Source: Haplodiscus bocki (lineage: Eukaryota). From it: 64,000 nt of DNA. The notes beneath the pieces were generated by a model, which saw nothing but the letters and a program-made list of their open reading frames with translations, was not told the origin of the DNA and did no database searches. Positions 1-10,454 of the stretch are shown here, in pieces; position 1 is the stretch's first letter, and the number at the start of each line of letters is the position of its first letter. Location of the stretch: contig OZ296648.1 in the NCBI GenBank assembly GCA_965655095.1, positions 40,300,001 through 40,364,000 on the forward strand. Direction: 5' to 3'. Made by a program: the position numbers and the translations under genes.

Positions 1-1141
1 GTTCATCAGCCTTTGAGACCGAAAAATTTGGTTTTACGTTTCAAAATAAGCTATAGCGCTTATTGACGGCAAATTGTCGAATTTCTCAAACTAATAGAAA
101 TTCCAATTTTTTAGGCTTATCACGGCCCACTGGAGACAATATTACATGTACTGAACTGAGAAAATCTCAAAAATGATGTTTTCTCGATCTTCAAAATTTC
201 ACAAACAAACAAAAATGATGAAAAGAGCAATTTCAAGAGTATTACAAACGCCCAAATTTCACATCTTCCAAATTTCATGATAATATCTTGAATTATTTGC
301 TATTAATCAACAATTAGAAAACCTTAAATCGATAAAATATTCGAAAATATGCTCCCAGTAGGGTAACGTCCCATAGCTTCGAATTTGAGATTGGGACTCA
401 TGGGTCCGAAGTTCTATTATTCTTCAATTGTGACTACAAGCGCCAGGTTGTGTATCCTCAAGCAAAGCTAGGGAACACATAGTGCCCGCAAAGCGGTCAA
501 AACGGATTACAAACAAGGCCGGTAGTGACCGGTTGCAACACTAATCAGCATCGCTAACCATTCGGCTGCTAAAGACCTTTTTAGATTCTTGATACGAAAA
601 AATAGTAAAATACTTAAATAATTATACAGAAACGGGATATTCATTCAACTTTTAGTTCAAGTAATATGATGCAATAATTACTTCTAATGTATTCCCACTT
701 CAAACGAGAAGAATCCTTGCAAAGTTAATAATCGGAGCGACGAGACTCGATATTCAATTCATGTCATAGTTATGAATAACTCTCAGTAGTCCGTAATTTA
801 CGAAAAACGTATTGTTTTATGTCTTTATCACTCCTTTATGTTCAATTTCTTTATCACAGCACTGTTGCTACAGCAATGATGACAAAACAAGTGACTCTTT
901 CAGCACTTAGTTATGTCAACTTTTGCATGCACGATTCAATCCAATTGAAAATAATTGGAAACTGCCTTTCTGAATGATTTTAGAGGCGAAATTTTGACAG
1001 AACATTTAGTAGCTACTATCATTAGAAGCCCAAGAGCGCTGGTCTGCCCTTCAAAGATAAGTAATCCTTCTGACGGCATGGATAAAGTATTGTAGATCAC
1101 CATTTGTTGCCTTTCATTTATAAATCTGTCCAAAAACTGTT

Positions 1142-1147
1142 TTTATT
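1142..1147 (-). promoter_or_regulatory. Candidate polyadenylation signal AATAAA
   Basis: AATAAA about 10 nt after the kinase stop codon; could be chance in AT-rich DNA. Confidence 0.35.
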
Positions 1148-1156
1148 GTGGGCCCT

Positions 1157-1495
1157 TTAGCATAAACGCATTTCGATGGACGAAGAATCAACCTTACCGT
1201 AAGCTTCATCAAGATCGTACTCTTTCAGGATTACTCTGAGAGAGGTTTTCTGCTCCATTACAGCCTTTTCGTCCTGCAGCTCTCTATCCACTGACTCCCA
1301 AGTCAGTCTGAGATACTGTTTGTGTTCAGCAGAATACTTCTGCTCCACTTTCTTGCATTCTCTCTCATCTTCGTCAGTTGTCGCTGTCTCGTTCACATGT
1401 ACACATTCTCCTGTTTTGGCATTCAGCTTCACACGGTAACTTCCCACGGGTTCAAAACGATGATGCACATCTCTGTCACGCATTCTTTCTTGCCA
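1157..1495 (-). CDS. Kinase terminal coding exon (charged coiled-coil-like tail)
   Basis: ctttcag|WQERMRDRDVHHRFEP...EMRLC*; phase 0 matches exon 4; AATAAA follows the stop. Confidence 0.8.
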   Translation of the reverse strand, partial: WQERMRDRDVHHRFEPVGSYRVKLNAKTGECVHVNETATTDEDERECKKVEQKYSAEHKQYLRLTWESVDRELQDEKAVMEQKTSLRVILKEYDLDEAYGKVDSSSIEMRLC

Positions 1496-4400
1496 CTGAA
1501 AGAAGCGTTATTGCAAGTATTTGAGTATTTTTTTGTCTTCTCCGATAAAAATTTTGATTTTCTTCTAAATTTTATTTGTGAAAAGAAAATACTTCATTCA
1601 ATATTCAGTATTTTCTACAAAAAATTGAGGTAATTGTTGAATGACTTTTCTCACTAAAATTTGGGCCACGTGATTATCGAAGAATCGTATATTTCGCTTT
1701 CCGATTTGGATAATTCCCGGCTTTTTTAAGATACGCAACATCAAATGAAAATACAGATTTTTGGCGCATTTTTTATAAAATGCAGGCGGAAAATGTCCCG
1801 TATTTTACTGTGCATCTTATTTTTGGCCCATATTCATTCAACGTTCAGGCTTTTCCCATGAAATCTGCCAATTGCACGATGAGCTATAATGGCAGGTTCA
1901 AATATTTTATTTGGCCAGATTGTTCCCAATTTGCCGCAGAATGTGTTTAATGTAGTAGTATTACTCAAAAATAAGTGTTTCACAAAAACCGTTTTTGATT
2001 GAAAATTTATTTTTTCAAAACTTTTTAATTTTCGGTTCAACATGATTTTCCTTCTTTCAACGCATTGTCGGTAAATTTGGGTGACGGAAAATAACCCCGA
2101 GTTGGTAGTGCGTCTTGTTATACACTTGGCAAGATTTTGGATCGAAAATTAATCAGGAAAACTCATCACGACACACATGTCGAATTTTTCGATCAAACAG
2201 ATGCAAAATATATAAAAACCTCAAACTTTTTATGAAGGAAACATTTTCGAAATGCGAACTGATTTCACATGAACCACTGAAGTGCAAAAGCAAAATTATC
2301 TAAAAAAACAGCAAACCATGAGTAATCGTTTGGTAATATAAAACTTACATCATTTAACTTTTGAATTATAGCTTGTGGAGTTGGTCGGTTGGCAGGGTCA
2401 GTATCTCGAAGTGAGTCGACAAACTCTCTGACAGGAGCACAAAATTGAGGGTGGAATTTAGTTGCAGTAAGTGGATCTCGGTCAATCATTCGATGGAGAA
2501 TTTGGCCCAAGCTGAAATACAGAATGACAATACAGAAAATTCTTTGGCAGTGTTCTTGAAACTAAAGTTCCGACTACGGTAAACGACTGCCTGATTAACG
2601 TTTGTCCAACATCACCAACTACAGTAAGTTCCCAATCTTTTACCAAACTGCAGGAAGAGAAACTTTGGCTATAGATTTATGAACAGGCTATTAATTCAGG
2701 AAAATGCACAGACTTCACATGCTATGTTTGCCACGAGGTAACAAAGGTCGAAGAACTATAATTGGAGTTAGATACGAAATAAATGTATTGACTTGAATAT
2801 AAAATAGTTAATAGCTATTGCGGGTACGTTTCATAGATAATTCAAAAAGTTCGTCGGTAACAATTTAATATCTTGGGAGAGCTGAAAGAATTATTTGATC
2901 TTTATTAGATTTCTAACTAACCTAAAGACATCGCAAGCTTGATAGTTATCAATCCTTGGGCCACGCGGTTCAGTATGAATCGAAGACCGACTGGCTTTTG
3001 TCAACTCTGGGGCTGCAAAACCTTCAGTACCAGAGCTCATATACGTGTCAGTGCCTTTCATCATGTGAGCAGAGTTGAAATCAGTCACCTTACAGGTGTA
3101 AAATTTCAGCATTTCGCCATTCACTTCTTTTGAAAACATGAGAAAATTTTCAGGCTAAAAAACGGTAAGGTTAGTATGTTTTTGAACGGTCGCCCGGTGA
3201 TAACTGATTGCTTGCATTCAAAACTTCAGAGCAAGTGATATTACAGTATCGATGGCCCGTAACCAACTACAGGGATTCTCAAAAAACTGTTGCAATACTT
3301 ATTACCAAAATAAAAATTTTTAATTCGACTGCATAAAAATAAATTATATTACTGTTCAAAAATGAATAACTTCAATAATTTAGGCTGAAAAAAATAACTG
3401 TCCATTGTTATGCAGTTCCTTCAAGTGGGGGTTGTAAGTTTTGATGATAGAGTGACAGATATTTCTCAGCTTAGAGTTTAACAAATAACTTTTATTTTCA
3501 AATTGTCAAAATAAATATTGAAATTATGCTGTTGGAATTTTCTTCAGCTTAAAAGATATTTCTATTTTCCGCCCACATTTTCAATATATGGAAGGAAAAT
3601 CATTCAACATTCAGGTTTTTTTAAACATGAAATTTGCCAATTGCACGATCCATTTTAAGTGCACTTCAAAGCTCCGTGAAGTTTGGTTGGCATAGGGCTA
3701 AATGCAGTGTCTGTGTGTATTTTGTACCACAAAGGTTGCGTGTTCGAGTCTCGGAATTAACTTAAATATATCCAAATTTAACGACCACCAAAATTCGTGT
3801 CTAATTCAAAAAATCGTCTATCTCGCCAAAACTTTTGGATCTTATGAACTTTTTATATCGGAATTTCTAAATTTTAAGAAAATTTTTTTTCTAAATGGGA
3901 AAAGGAACCATTTTTTTCACAGATTGAATAATAAACGGAGGTTTTTGCCCGAAAAATGTTTCTCACAAGGAAATTTAATTTTATTCGATAAAAAAATAAC
4001 ATTTGATAAAAATCGAAACAAATGGACTTCACATAGTTTCTTCACTGTTTGTAGAAAATTTGTGTGCCGGAAAATATTCCACAGTTAGTCGTGCACCTTG
4101 TTATTGTATTTCTTGCAGCTATTTCCCCACCAAAATAATTTGATGAGAATGCTTGCAACAGTCCTTCCAGAAACGAGCCTTTGAATTACATCGCTTTTTG
4201 GACTGCCGTGAAGATTTCCTCAGGATTATTAGCAAGAAATTCATATTTGGAATAAGATGAAGTGCATTGCTCTTTCTGATCATTATACTTTTGAATTTTT
4301 TTTAAATTACAGCTGAATGTAAAATCTCCGATTCATAACTTTCATCATCAGTTGAGATGATCGCCTCACCTCTGGAAAATATCTGATATTTCGGACTTTT

Positions 4401-5232
4401 TCAGTCTTATCGCGACTAAGGACAAATTTTGTCACTCCAATATATCCGGAAGAACGGGGGTGAGCTCGCTAGATCAAAACTAACTTTGAGATCACGATGA
4501 ACTAAACAAGAAGAGAGATATTCCAACGCCTTTGCCATTTGTATCCCCCAATGAATAACATGAAAACAATTGTACACATACACTTGGTACACTGTCCATA
4601 TAGATATGCTGCTATGCCTTTCTTCCTAAACAAAAAATCAAACTCCAGAAAATTCCCCTTAAACAATACACGCTACTGTTTTCTGTCGAAAACTAAGAAT
4701 AGATACAATGCTTCTTTTCGAAAATAACAACACAGACCCGAAAATCGATCTTTCGCAAACATTCAAGAATTCATTCAAACACAAAACCTTCCGCTTGGTT
4801 AGTCACGTCCGTTATACCAATTATTTCGCATTAATAATACAAACTTAAAACATCTGAACCGTCTTAGCTCAATTTATTAGCGAACTAAACTTAAGATGAG
4901 CTTACATTCGGTATGATAATTTTCCCAAGATCCAAATCAGCCAACTCTAGAATCAAGATAGCTTGATGTTGGGGATCCTTTTGATTTATATAGAAGCCCA
5001 ATAACTTGGTTACATTCTCGTGGTTTATATTTCTATATGCTTGTATCTCCCTGATCATTTCGTTGTTTCCGGCTCTAGTTCGTGGCGTGTAGACTTTACA
5101 GGCACAATCTTGGCTTCTGAAAGTTCCTTTAACTACATCGGAAAAGGCCCCGCGCCCGAGTAACTGCCTTTCTGTAAATTTGATTTCTTTTCTATCTTTA
5201 ATATGAACAGGCTCATCACTGGGAACATCCAT
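1157..5232 (-). CDS. Spliced Ser/Thr kinase (TKL group, divergent TAK1/MAP3K7-like), about 400 aa; join(5232-4906,4625-4485,3154-2922,2511-2349,1495-1157)
   Basis: All four introns are GT..AG with matching phases and give one uninterrupted frame. Motifs: LGRGAFS, CACK, E(alphaC), HRDLK|PEN, DFN, APE, CDVFS, RPT. YNCFHVIHWGIQ..ALEYL and NYQACDVFSLG resemble TAK1, and the tail (HHRFEP...KQYLRL...ELQDEK) resembles the TAK1 C-terminal coiled coil. Confidence 0.9.
1834..1880 (+). repeat. Intronic interspersed repeat core (second copy at 3600-3649)
   Basis: tcattcaacRttcagg...catgaaatYtgccaattgcacgat occurs in two different introns of the kinase. Confidence 0.55.
2349..2511 (-). CDS. Kinase coding exon 4 (IX-XI)
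   Basis: tttcag|(C) completes Ser, then LGQILHRMI...DTDPANRPTPQAIIQKLND|gtaagt. Confidence 0.88.
2922..3154 (-). CDS. Kinase coding exon 3 (VIb-IX)
   Basis: ttttag|PENFLMF...KVTDFNSAH...SGTEGFAAPEL...NYQACDVF(AG)|gttag. Confidence 0.9.
4485..4625 (-). CDS. Kinase coding exon 2 (VIa-VIb), absent from the ORF track
   Basis: tttag|EERHSSISIWTVYQVYVYNCFHVIHWGIQMAKALEYLSSCLVHRDLK|gttag; 141 nt, phase 0/0. Confidence 0.9.
4906..5232 (-). CDS. Kinase coding exon 1 (subdomains I-V)
   Basis: MDVPSDEP...LGRGAFSDVVKG..CACK..REI..NHENVTKLLG..LELADLDLGKIIIPN. Donor GTAAG at 4905; TTTTTCAG acceptor at 5249, just upstream of the ATG. Confidence 0.88.
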
Positions 5233-5877
5233 TCCATATGAAATTTCACTGAAAAATTGAAGAAATCGATTAGAATTAGAATGCAGTACATAACATAGCT
5301 GTAACCATATAGTTCTTTTCACTTTTTGCTGGTTGAAGTGAACGTCCATTACATACAGACGCCAAGCACTTGCAGAAACATTTATTAACAACAGGGAATT
5401 TTACGAAAAATTACAAAATTAAATGTTCGCGGTTTCAATCTCACTAAATGTCACGCTAGACACACACAGATTTCATTTACCACTGATCACGAACATTTTC
5501 GAATTTTCGCTGAGTTAAATTGTTGCTGCAACCGCAATTGATTCCCTTGCAAAGATGAAATCGAATTCAATTCCACTCGGGCGGCCTCAATTGAAGAGTA
5601 TTTGCGCCGCATGAAAACTCTATAGTAAGTATGCCATAGCAGCACAGAAAATTTCATTTTCCACAATTTTGTGACAAAATTGAAAATGAGTCAAGGCGTG
5701 ATCGAGAAGTCATACTTTTGTTAAGTTGATGATTTATGCCGAGGCAAATTGGAAAAATTTTTGACGAGATTCAGTCTTGCACTTCTAAAAAGATCCATTT
5801 CCTTCAAGAAAAATTGAAATATGCGAAATTTACAAAATCGTTAAAAACTTAGTAAATTTCGTTAAAAACAGCTCATC

Positions 5878-5934
<57 letters not shown>
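5878..5934 (+). repeat. (GA)n microsatellite
   Basis: About 28 AG units with one interruption. Confidence 0.98.
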
Positions 5935-5937
<3 letters not shown>

Positions 5938-5946
5938 ATCTTTCAA

Positions 5947-6113
5947 TGTTATAGTGTATTGAATGTAAACTGATATTTTAGATTGATTTGCTTGATTAAT
6001 GTTATTTGTGTCTTTCAGGCTTATATGCCTTATATGATGTATCTGTGTAATTAACTATTTTATGTTACATGTTTTGCTGAGATACAATCTTTTTTGTGGG
6101 TTAAGATACCACA
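5947..6113 (+). repeat. 5' LTR
   Basis: TGTTATAG...GATACCACA with TG..CA ends; homologous to 10219-10384. Confidence 0.9.
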
Positions 6114-6114
6114 T

Positions 6115-6128
6115 TGGCGCAGTGAGCA
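6115..6128 (+). promoter_or_regulatory. Primer binding site (tRNA-Ser-like)
   Basis: TGGCGCAGTGAGCA directly after the 5' LTR; complementary to a tRNA 3' end ...GCUCACUGCG-CCA. Confidence 0.75.
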
Positions 6129-6149
6129 ACTGACCCGAAAAACTTGAAG

Positions 6150-9100
6150 ATGGCAACAGCTCTCAATTATTCTGCTCCTATTCCACCCGTCAACATGGAA
6201 TGTTCCACCATGAAAGAATGGCAACGTTGGATCGATTCGTTCGAGATGTTTTCAACTGCGTCCAAGTTAGACAACGAAGATGATAAAGACCAACGCACAA
6301 CCTTACTTCATCTCGCAGGTCCAGCAGTTCAGACGGTTCTTAGCAATCTTACAGATGACAAGACGTCAACAGAGAATGTAAAAGATCGTCTAACGGAATT
6401 CTTTGCTCCCAAAGGTAACAATTTGGCAGAACGATATCGATTCAAAAGTCGCGTCCAACAGCCTCACGAAAGTACTGACAAGTTTGTATCCGACTTGAAA
6501 AAATTGGAATCAACATGTAGTTTTGCCGGCCTGGGCGAGCAGATTATCAGCCAAAATATCGAAAAAGGTCATAATCCGAAGATCAGAGAGAAGCTCTTGA
6601 CAGAAGGAGATGGTCTAACTTTAGAAAAAGCAATGACTCTTGCTCGTACATTCGATCAAACACAAGAAAGTGCTGCGATGATGAATTCAAGCACTTCATC
6701 TGTATCAAAGTTGTTCACAAGCAATCGAAGAAACCATCAATTCCTAAGTCAAAATCAGAGAAAGGCAATAGTGACCAAAATGTTTTGCCTGTGGCAAGAC
6801 AGGACACTTCCGTGGTGCCCCCGAGTGCAAAGCCAAGAACGTTACCTGTCGATTCTGCACGAAGAAAGGACACTTTGACTCAGTCTGCAGGAAGAAAGTT
6901 GCACAAAAGTCGACTGTTCAAGATCTTGGTCATGCTTCGACAAAGCATATTTTAGCGGATCAGCAGCTTCACGAAATGATTGGAAGAATTGCTGCGATGA
7001 TTGGAAAAATTGTTGACTTACATTCCGTTTCATGGCTTGTATCAACCCAAATAGATGGAGTCGACCTACAAATGCAAGTCGATGCCGGGTCAAAATTTTG
7101 TAGTGTACCATTATCATCCCCGATGGTAATCGGCAAGTCCAAGCATCAACTGAAGCCTGTAATGAATTTCAAAGGCTATGGACAGAAGCCGCTGTCCTGT
7201 ATTGGCATGTTTACGGCTAAACTAAGTTTATCTGGACGCCACATTGAAACCGACTTTTACGTTATGGATGAAGACGACACTCCAATAATGGGACTTCTAG
7301 CAGCTCGCGAACTGGGATTATTAGATGCAAAGATCAATTCATTGAGTATGTCTTCTAAGCTACTGTACAAGATTCTGAAAGCTGAACGAGGATGCCCGAC
7401 ATATATCAGAAGTGTCCACATTTGTTTAGTGAAACTCTTGAACCAATCAAACACTTTAGCTACGATACACAAATCGATCCGAATGCTACACCTATTGCGC
7501 AGAAAGAACGAGTTCCGGCTTATACAGTGCAATCTTGGACGATAGATGAAATCCAAAAGATGTTATCTCTGGGTGTTATTGAAGAATGCACCGAAAGTCG
7601 GCGGATCAGTCGGATTCATGTAGTCCTCAATGAATCAAAAAAACCACGTTTGACAATCGATTTGAGATTAGTTAACAAATCTATCATCCGTCATCATCAG
7701 CCTATGCCGAAAGTTCAAGATTTGCTGGCTCAATTTTCCGACAGCAAATACTTTTCACAGCTGGATATGAGGAAAAGATACTGGCAAATCGAATTGACAA
7801 ACGAAAAACGTCATATTACGACATTTGCCGTTTTTTGGGCGTCTGTTCAGATTCAAAAGACTACCATTCGGAATTAAAGGCGCATCTGATGCTATGGACT
7901 TACTTATGAATCTGGAGCTACAAGGTTTAGACGGTGGCGCCTGGTTACAAGACGACGTCGTGGTTCATGGAAGAACACGCGAGGAACACGATAAAAGACT
8001 CTTTGCTGTACTGGATCGTATGGCAGAATATGGCGTAACAATGAACAAAAAGAAATTTGAAATTCTGAAGCACGAAATTAAATTTCTTGGCCATATCGTT
8101 GGCGGTGCTGGTGTGAACGCTGATCCAGGTAAAGTAGAAGCCATAACTGATATGCCGAGACCTTAAACCGCCTGTCAATTACGCTCTTTCCACAGTTCGA
8201 TTAGTTTTTTTTACAGGAATACACCCCAAATATGGCATCTCTTCTGGAACCATTACACAAGCTCAACAGAAGGAACACGAAGTGGACCTGGAACACAGAA
8301 CATGAAGCTGCCTTTCGAGAAGCAAAATCTGTCATTTGTAGTTCACCCTGTCTTACCTTTAAGGAACCGAAGCCGAGCATAAATTAGTAGTCGATGGATC
8401 ACCTTCCGCATCTGGTGCAGTTCTTTTGCAAAAAGAAGGCCAAAAAATGGCTACCTGTTTATTATTCTTCCAAGGTTTTCTCGGAAGTGGAACAACGTTA
8501 TGCGCAAATCGAACGGGAAGCTTTAGCTAAATATAATGGACTAACGAAATGTCATAACTTCATATATGGAAAACGAATCACAGTTGTGACCGACCATAAA
8601 CCCTTACTTAGAGTCTTCAACAAGCAAGCTACGTCTATTCGTTTACAGCGCGTAGTTGATCGCTGTGCCAATTACGACTTCGAGTTGTTATTCCACCCTG
8701 GTTCCCGTAAATATTGCAGTGCTCTCTCAAGACTCCGCAAATCAGAAATTGAAACTGAAATAAAGGTTTCACTAGTCCGCCTATGTGGTGCAAATACCTA
8801 TACGACGATTCGAACCGCAACCTTAGCAGATGACGAAATACAATTTTTGACTGCAGGAATTCCAATTCGCGATGAATGGAAAAAGCCAATTTGCAAAAGA
8901 AGTCCTAATACCTGGTGTCATTTCAAGGACGATTTGGCAATATTTGAGGAAGTCATAATTAAAAACGGAGCTATTATCATTCCTGAAAGACTTCGTCAAG
9001 ATATTCTTGCCAAGGCTCACAGTACGCATCAACAAATTGTCCGCACTAAACAATATCTTCGAAATGCAGTATACTGGCCTGGTATGTCAACCGAGATTGA

Positions 9101-9900
9101 AGAAATGTGTAAGGATTGTCGCATTTGCAGAAAACTTTTGCCACAGGAGGAATTACCCTTGTCTCCAGTTGAGCAACCCGAAGGACCATGAATACAAATT
9201 GGCATCGATATATAATCATTCGAATTTGATCATTACCTGACTATACAAGATTTTTATTTAAAATGGCCCAAAGTACATAAATTGAAAGAAACAACTACTA
9301 GAACCGTTAATGCATGCCTTAGGGATTGTTTTTTGCGTTTTCGAAACCCACAAGAACTTGTTTCCGACAATGGACCGCAATTTTCGAGTTTCGCATTTCG
9401 TGAACTTCCTGAAAAAAAAATGTCGAACATGTTCGTTGTTCACCTTTACATGCGCAATCAAATGGTCAAATTGAAAGATTTCACCGTTATCTTAATCATT
9501 CATTGCGTGCTGGTAAACTGCAAGGTTTTGTTATACGTGAACGTTTGCCAGAAATTTTGCACATATTATGCGCAACACCTCACGCTGCAACTATCAGAAC
9601 ACCTGCATATTTGCTGCAAAATCGAGAAATCACGACAGATAATCCAACCTTACGTTTTAAAGGCTCATATAAAGACCGTGAGAAGTACCAGGCGTATATG
9701 AAAAATACACACGACAAAAAGATGAAATCGCCTGCACCAACTTTATCTCATATTAAAGTAGGAGATCTGGTATGGTCGCTTGTTCCTCCGTCAATCAAAA
9801 GTGATCCGATATTTCCTGATATAGTTTGGGTAGTAATTGGAACAAAACGAGAGAACGTACGAAATTGTTAACTCTGCAACAGGAAATAAAGTAATCGGAA
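6150..9900 (+). pseudogene. gag-pol pseudogene of the Mag-like element
   Basis: ORF-track fragments 6144-6878, 6976-7545, 7392-7877, 7825-8166, 8394-9191, 9282-9701 and 9503-9871 are consecutive frameshifted pieces of gag-PR-RT-RH-IN. Confidence 0.92.
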
Positions 9901-10218
9901 ATGCCTCATGCATGTGACATGTATCATTCAATACGGCATGCATTCCTAAGCAGATCGAACCAACTCAATATTCTCAAGAAAAGATTCCACCTATAACGAC
10001 TGCAAGTACAAGTGACGACAAAAAGCCTATCGATTAAGTATCCAACAAACAGCCAATCGACGAACCTTTATTATCTAGTCCAATCGATCCAACTAGTGTT
10101 GAACCAGATGTTCAAACAGTAGTTCCAAGCGCCGAACAACCGATTCGAAGATCTACTCGAAATAAGTGAAAGCCAACTCCTTTGAATGATTCTGTTCAAT
10201 GAGATTAATTTTGAGAGA

Positions 10219-10384
10219 TATAGTGTTTTGAATGTAATTTGATATTTGCTGTTGATTCGCTTGATTATTTTTGTTTGTGTCTTTCAGGCTCATATGTCTT
10301 ATATGATGTATCTGTCTAACTAATAACTATTTTAGGTTACATTTGTTTTGCTGAGATACCATCTTACTTGTGGGTTAAGATACA
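10219..10384 (+). repeat. 3' LTR (termini eroded)
   Basis: tatagtgttttgaatgtaa...gtgggttaagatac matches the 5' LTR with many substitutions; preceded by a short purine tract (gagaga). Confidence 0.88.
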
Positions 10385-10454
10385 AATGTCACGGTTGCAC
10401 AAGCATATATTTCATCCTATTACACAGTACTGTTATCTAATGAACAACGCTTCA

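Larger units (their letters stand above)
5947..10384 (+). mobile_element. Decayed Ty3/gypsy LTR retrotransposon, Mag-like clade
   Basis: Two LTRs of about 167 bp and a PBS. Gag has twin CCHC (CFACGKTGH..C, CRFCTKKGH..C), followed by PR (VDAGS), RT (LQDDVVVHG), RNase H (EREALA..TDHKPL) and integrase (HHCC, VSDNGPQF) in gypsy order. Many frameshifts. Confidence 0.95.

Noticed and set aside
1322-1633. 103-aa hydrophobic plus-strand ORF
   Set aside because: Antisense to the kinase last exon and intron; no independent support.
5233-5391. N-terminal extension of the kinase in the ORF track
   Set aside because: Non-ATG start, and it crosses a clear polypyrimidine/AG acceptor at 5249.
5878-5934. 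(AG)n as a Maverick terminus
   Set aside because: No adjoining TIR or partner end; separated from pPolB by two unrelated retroelements.
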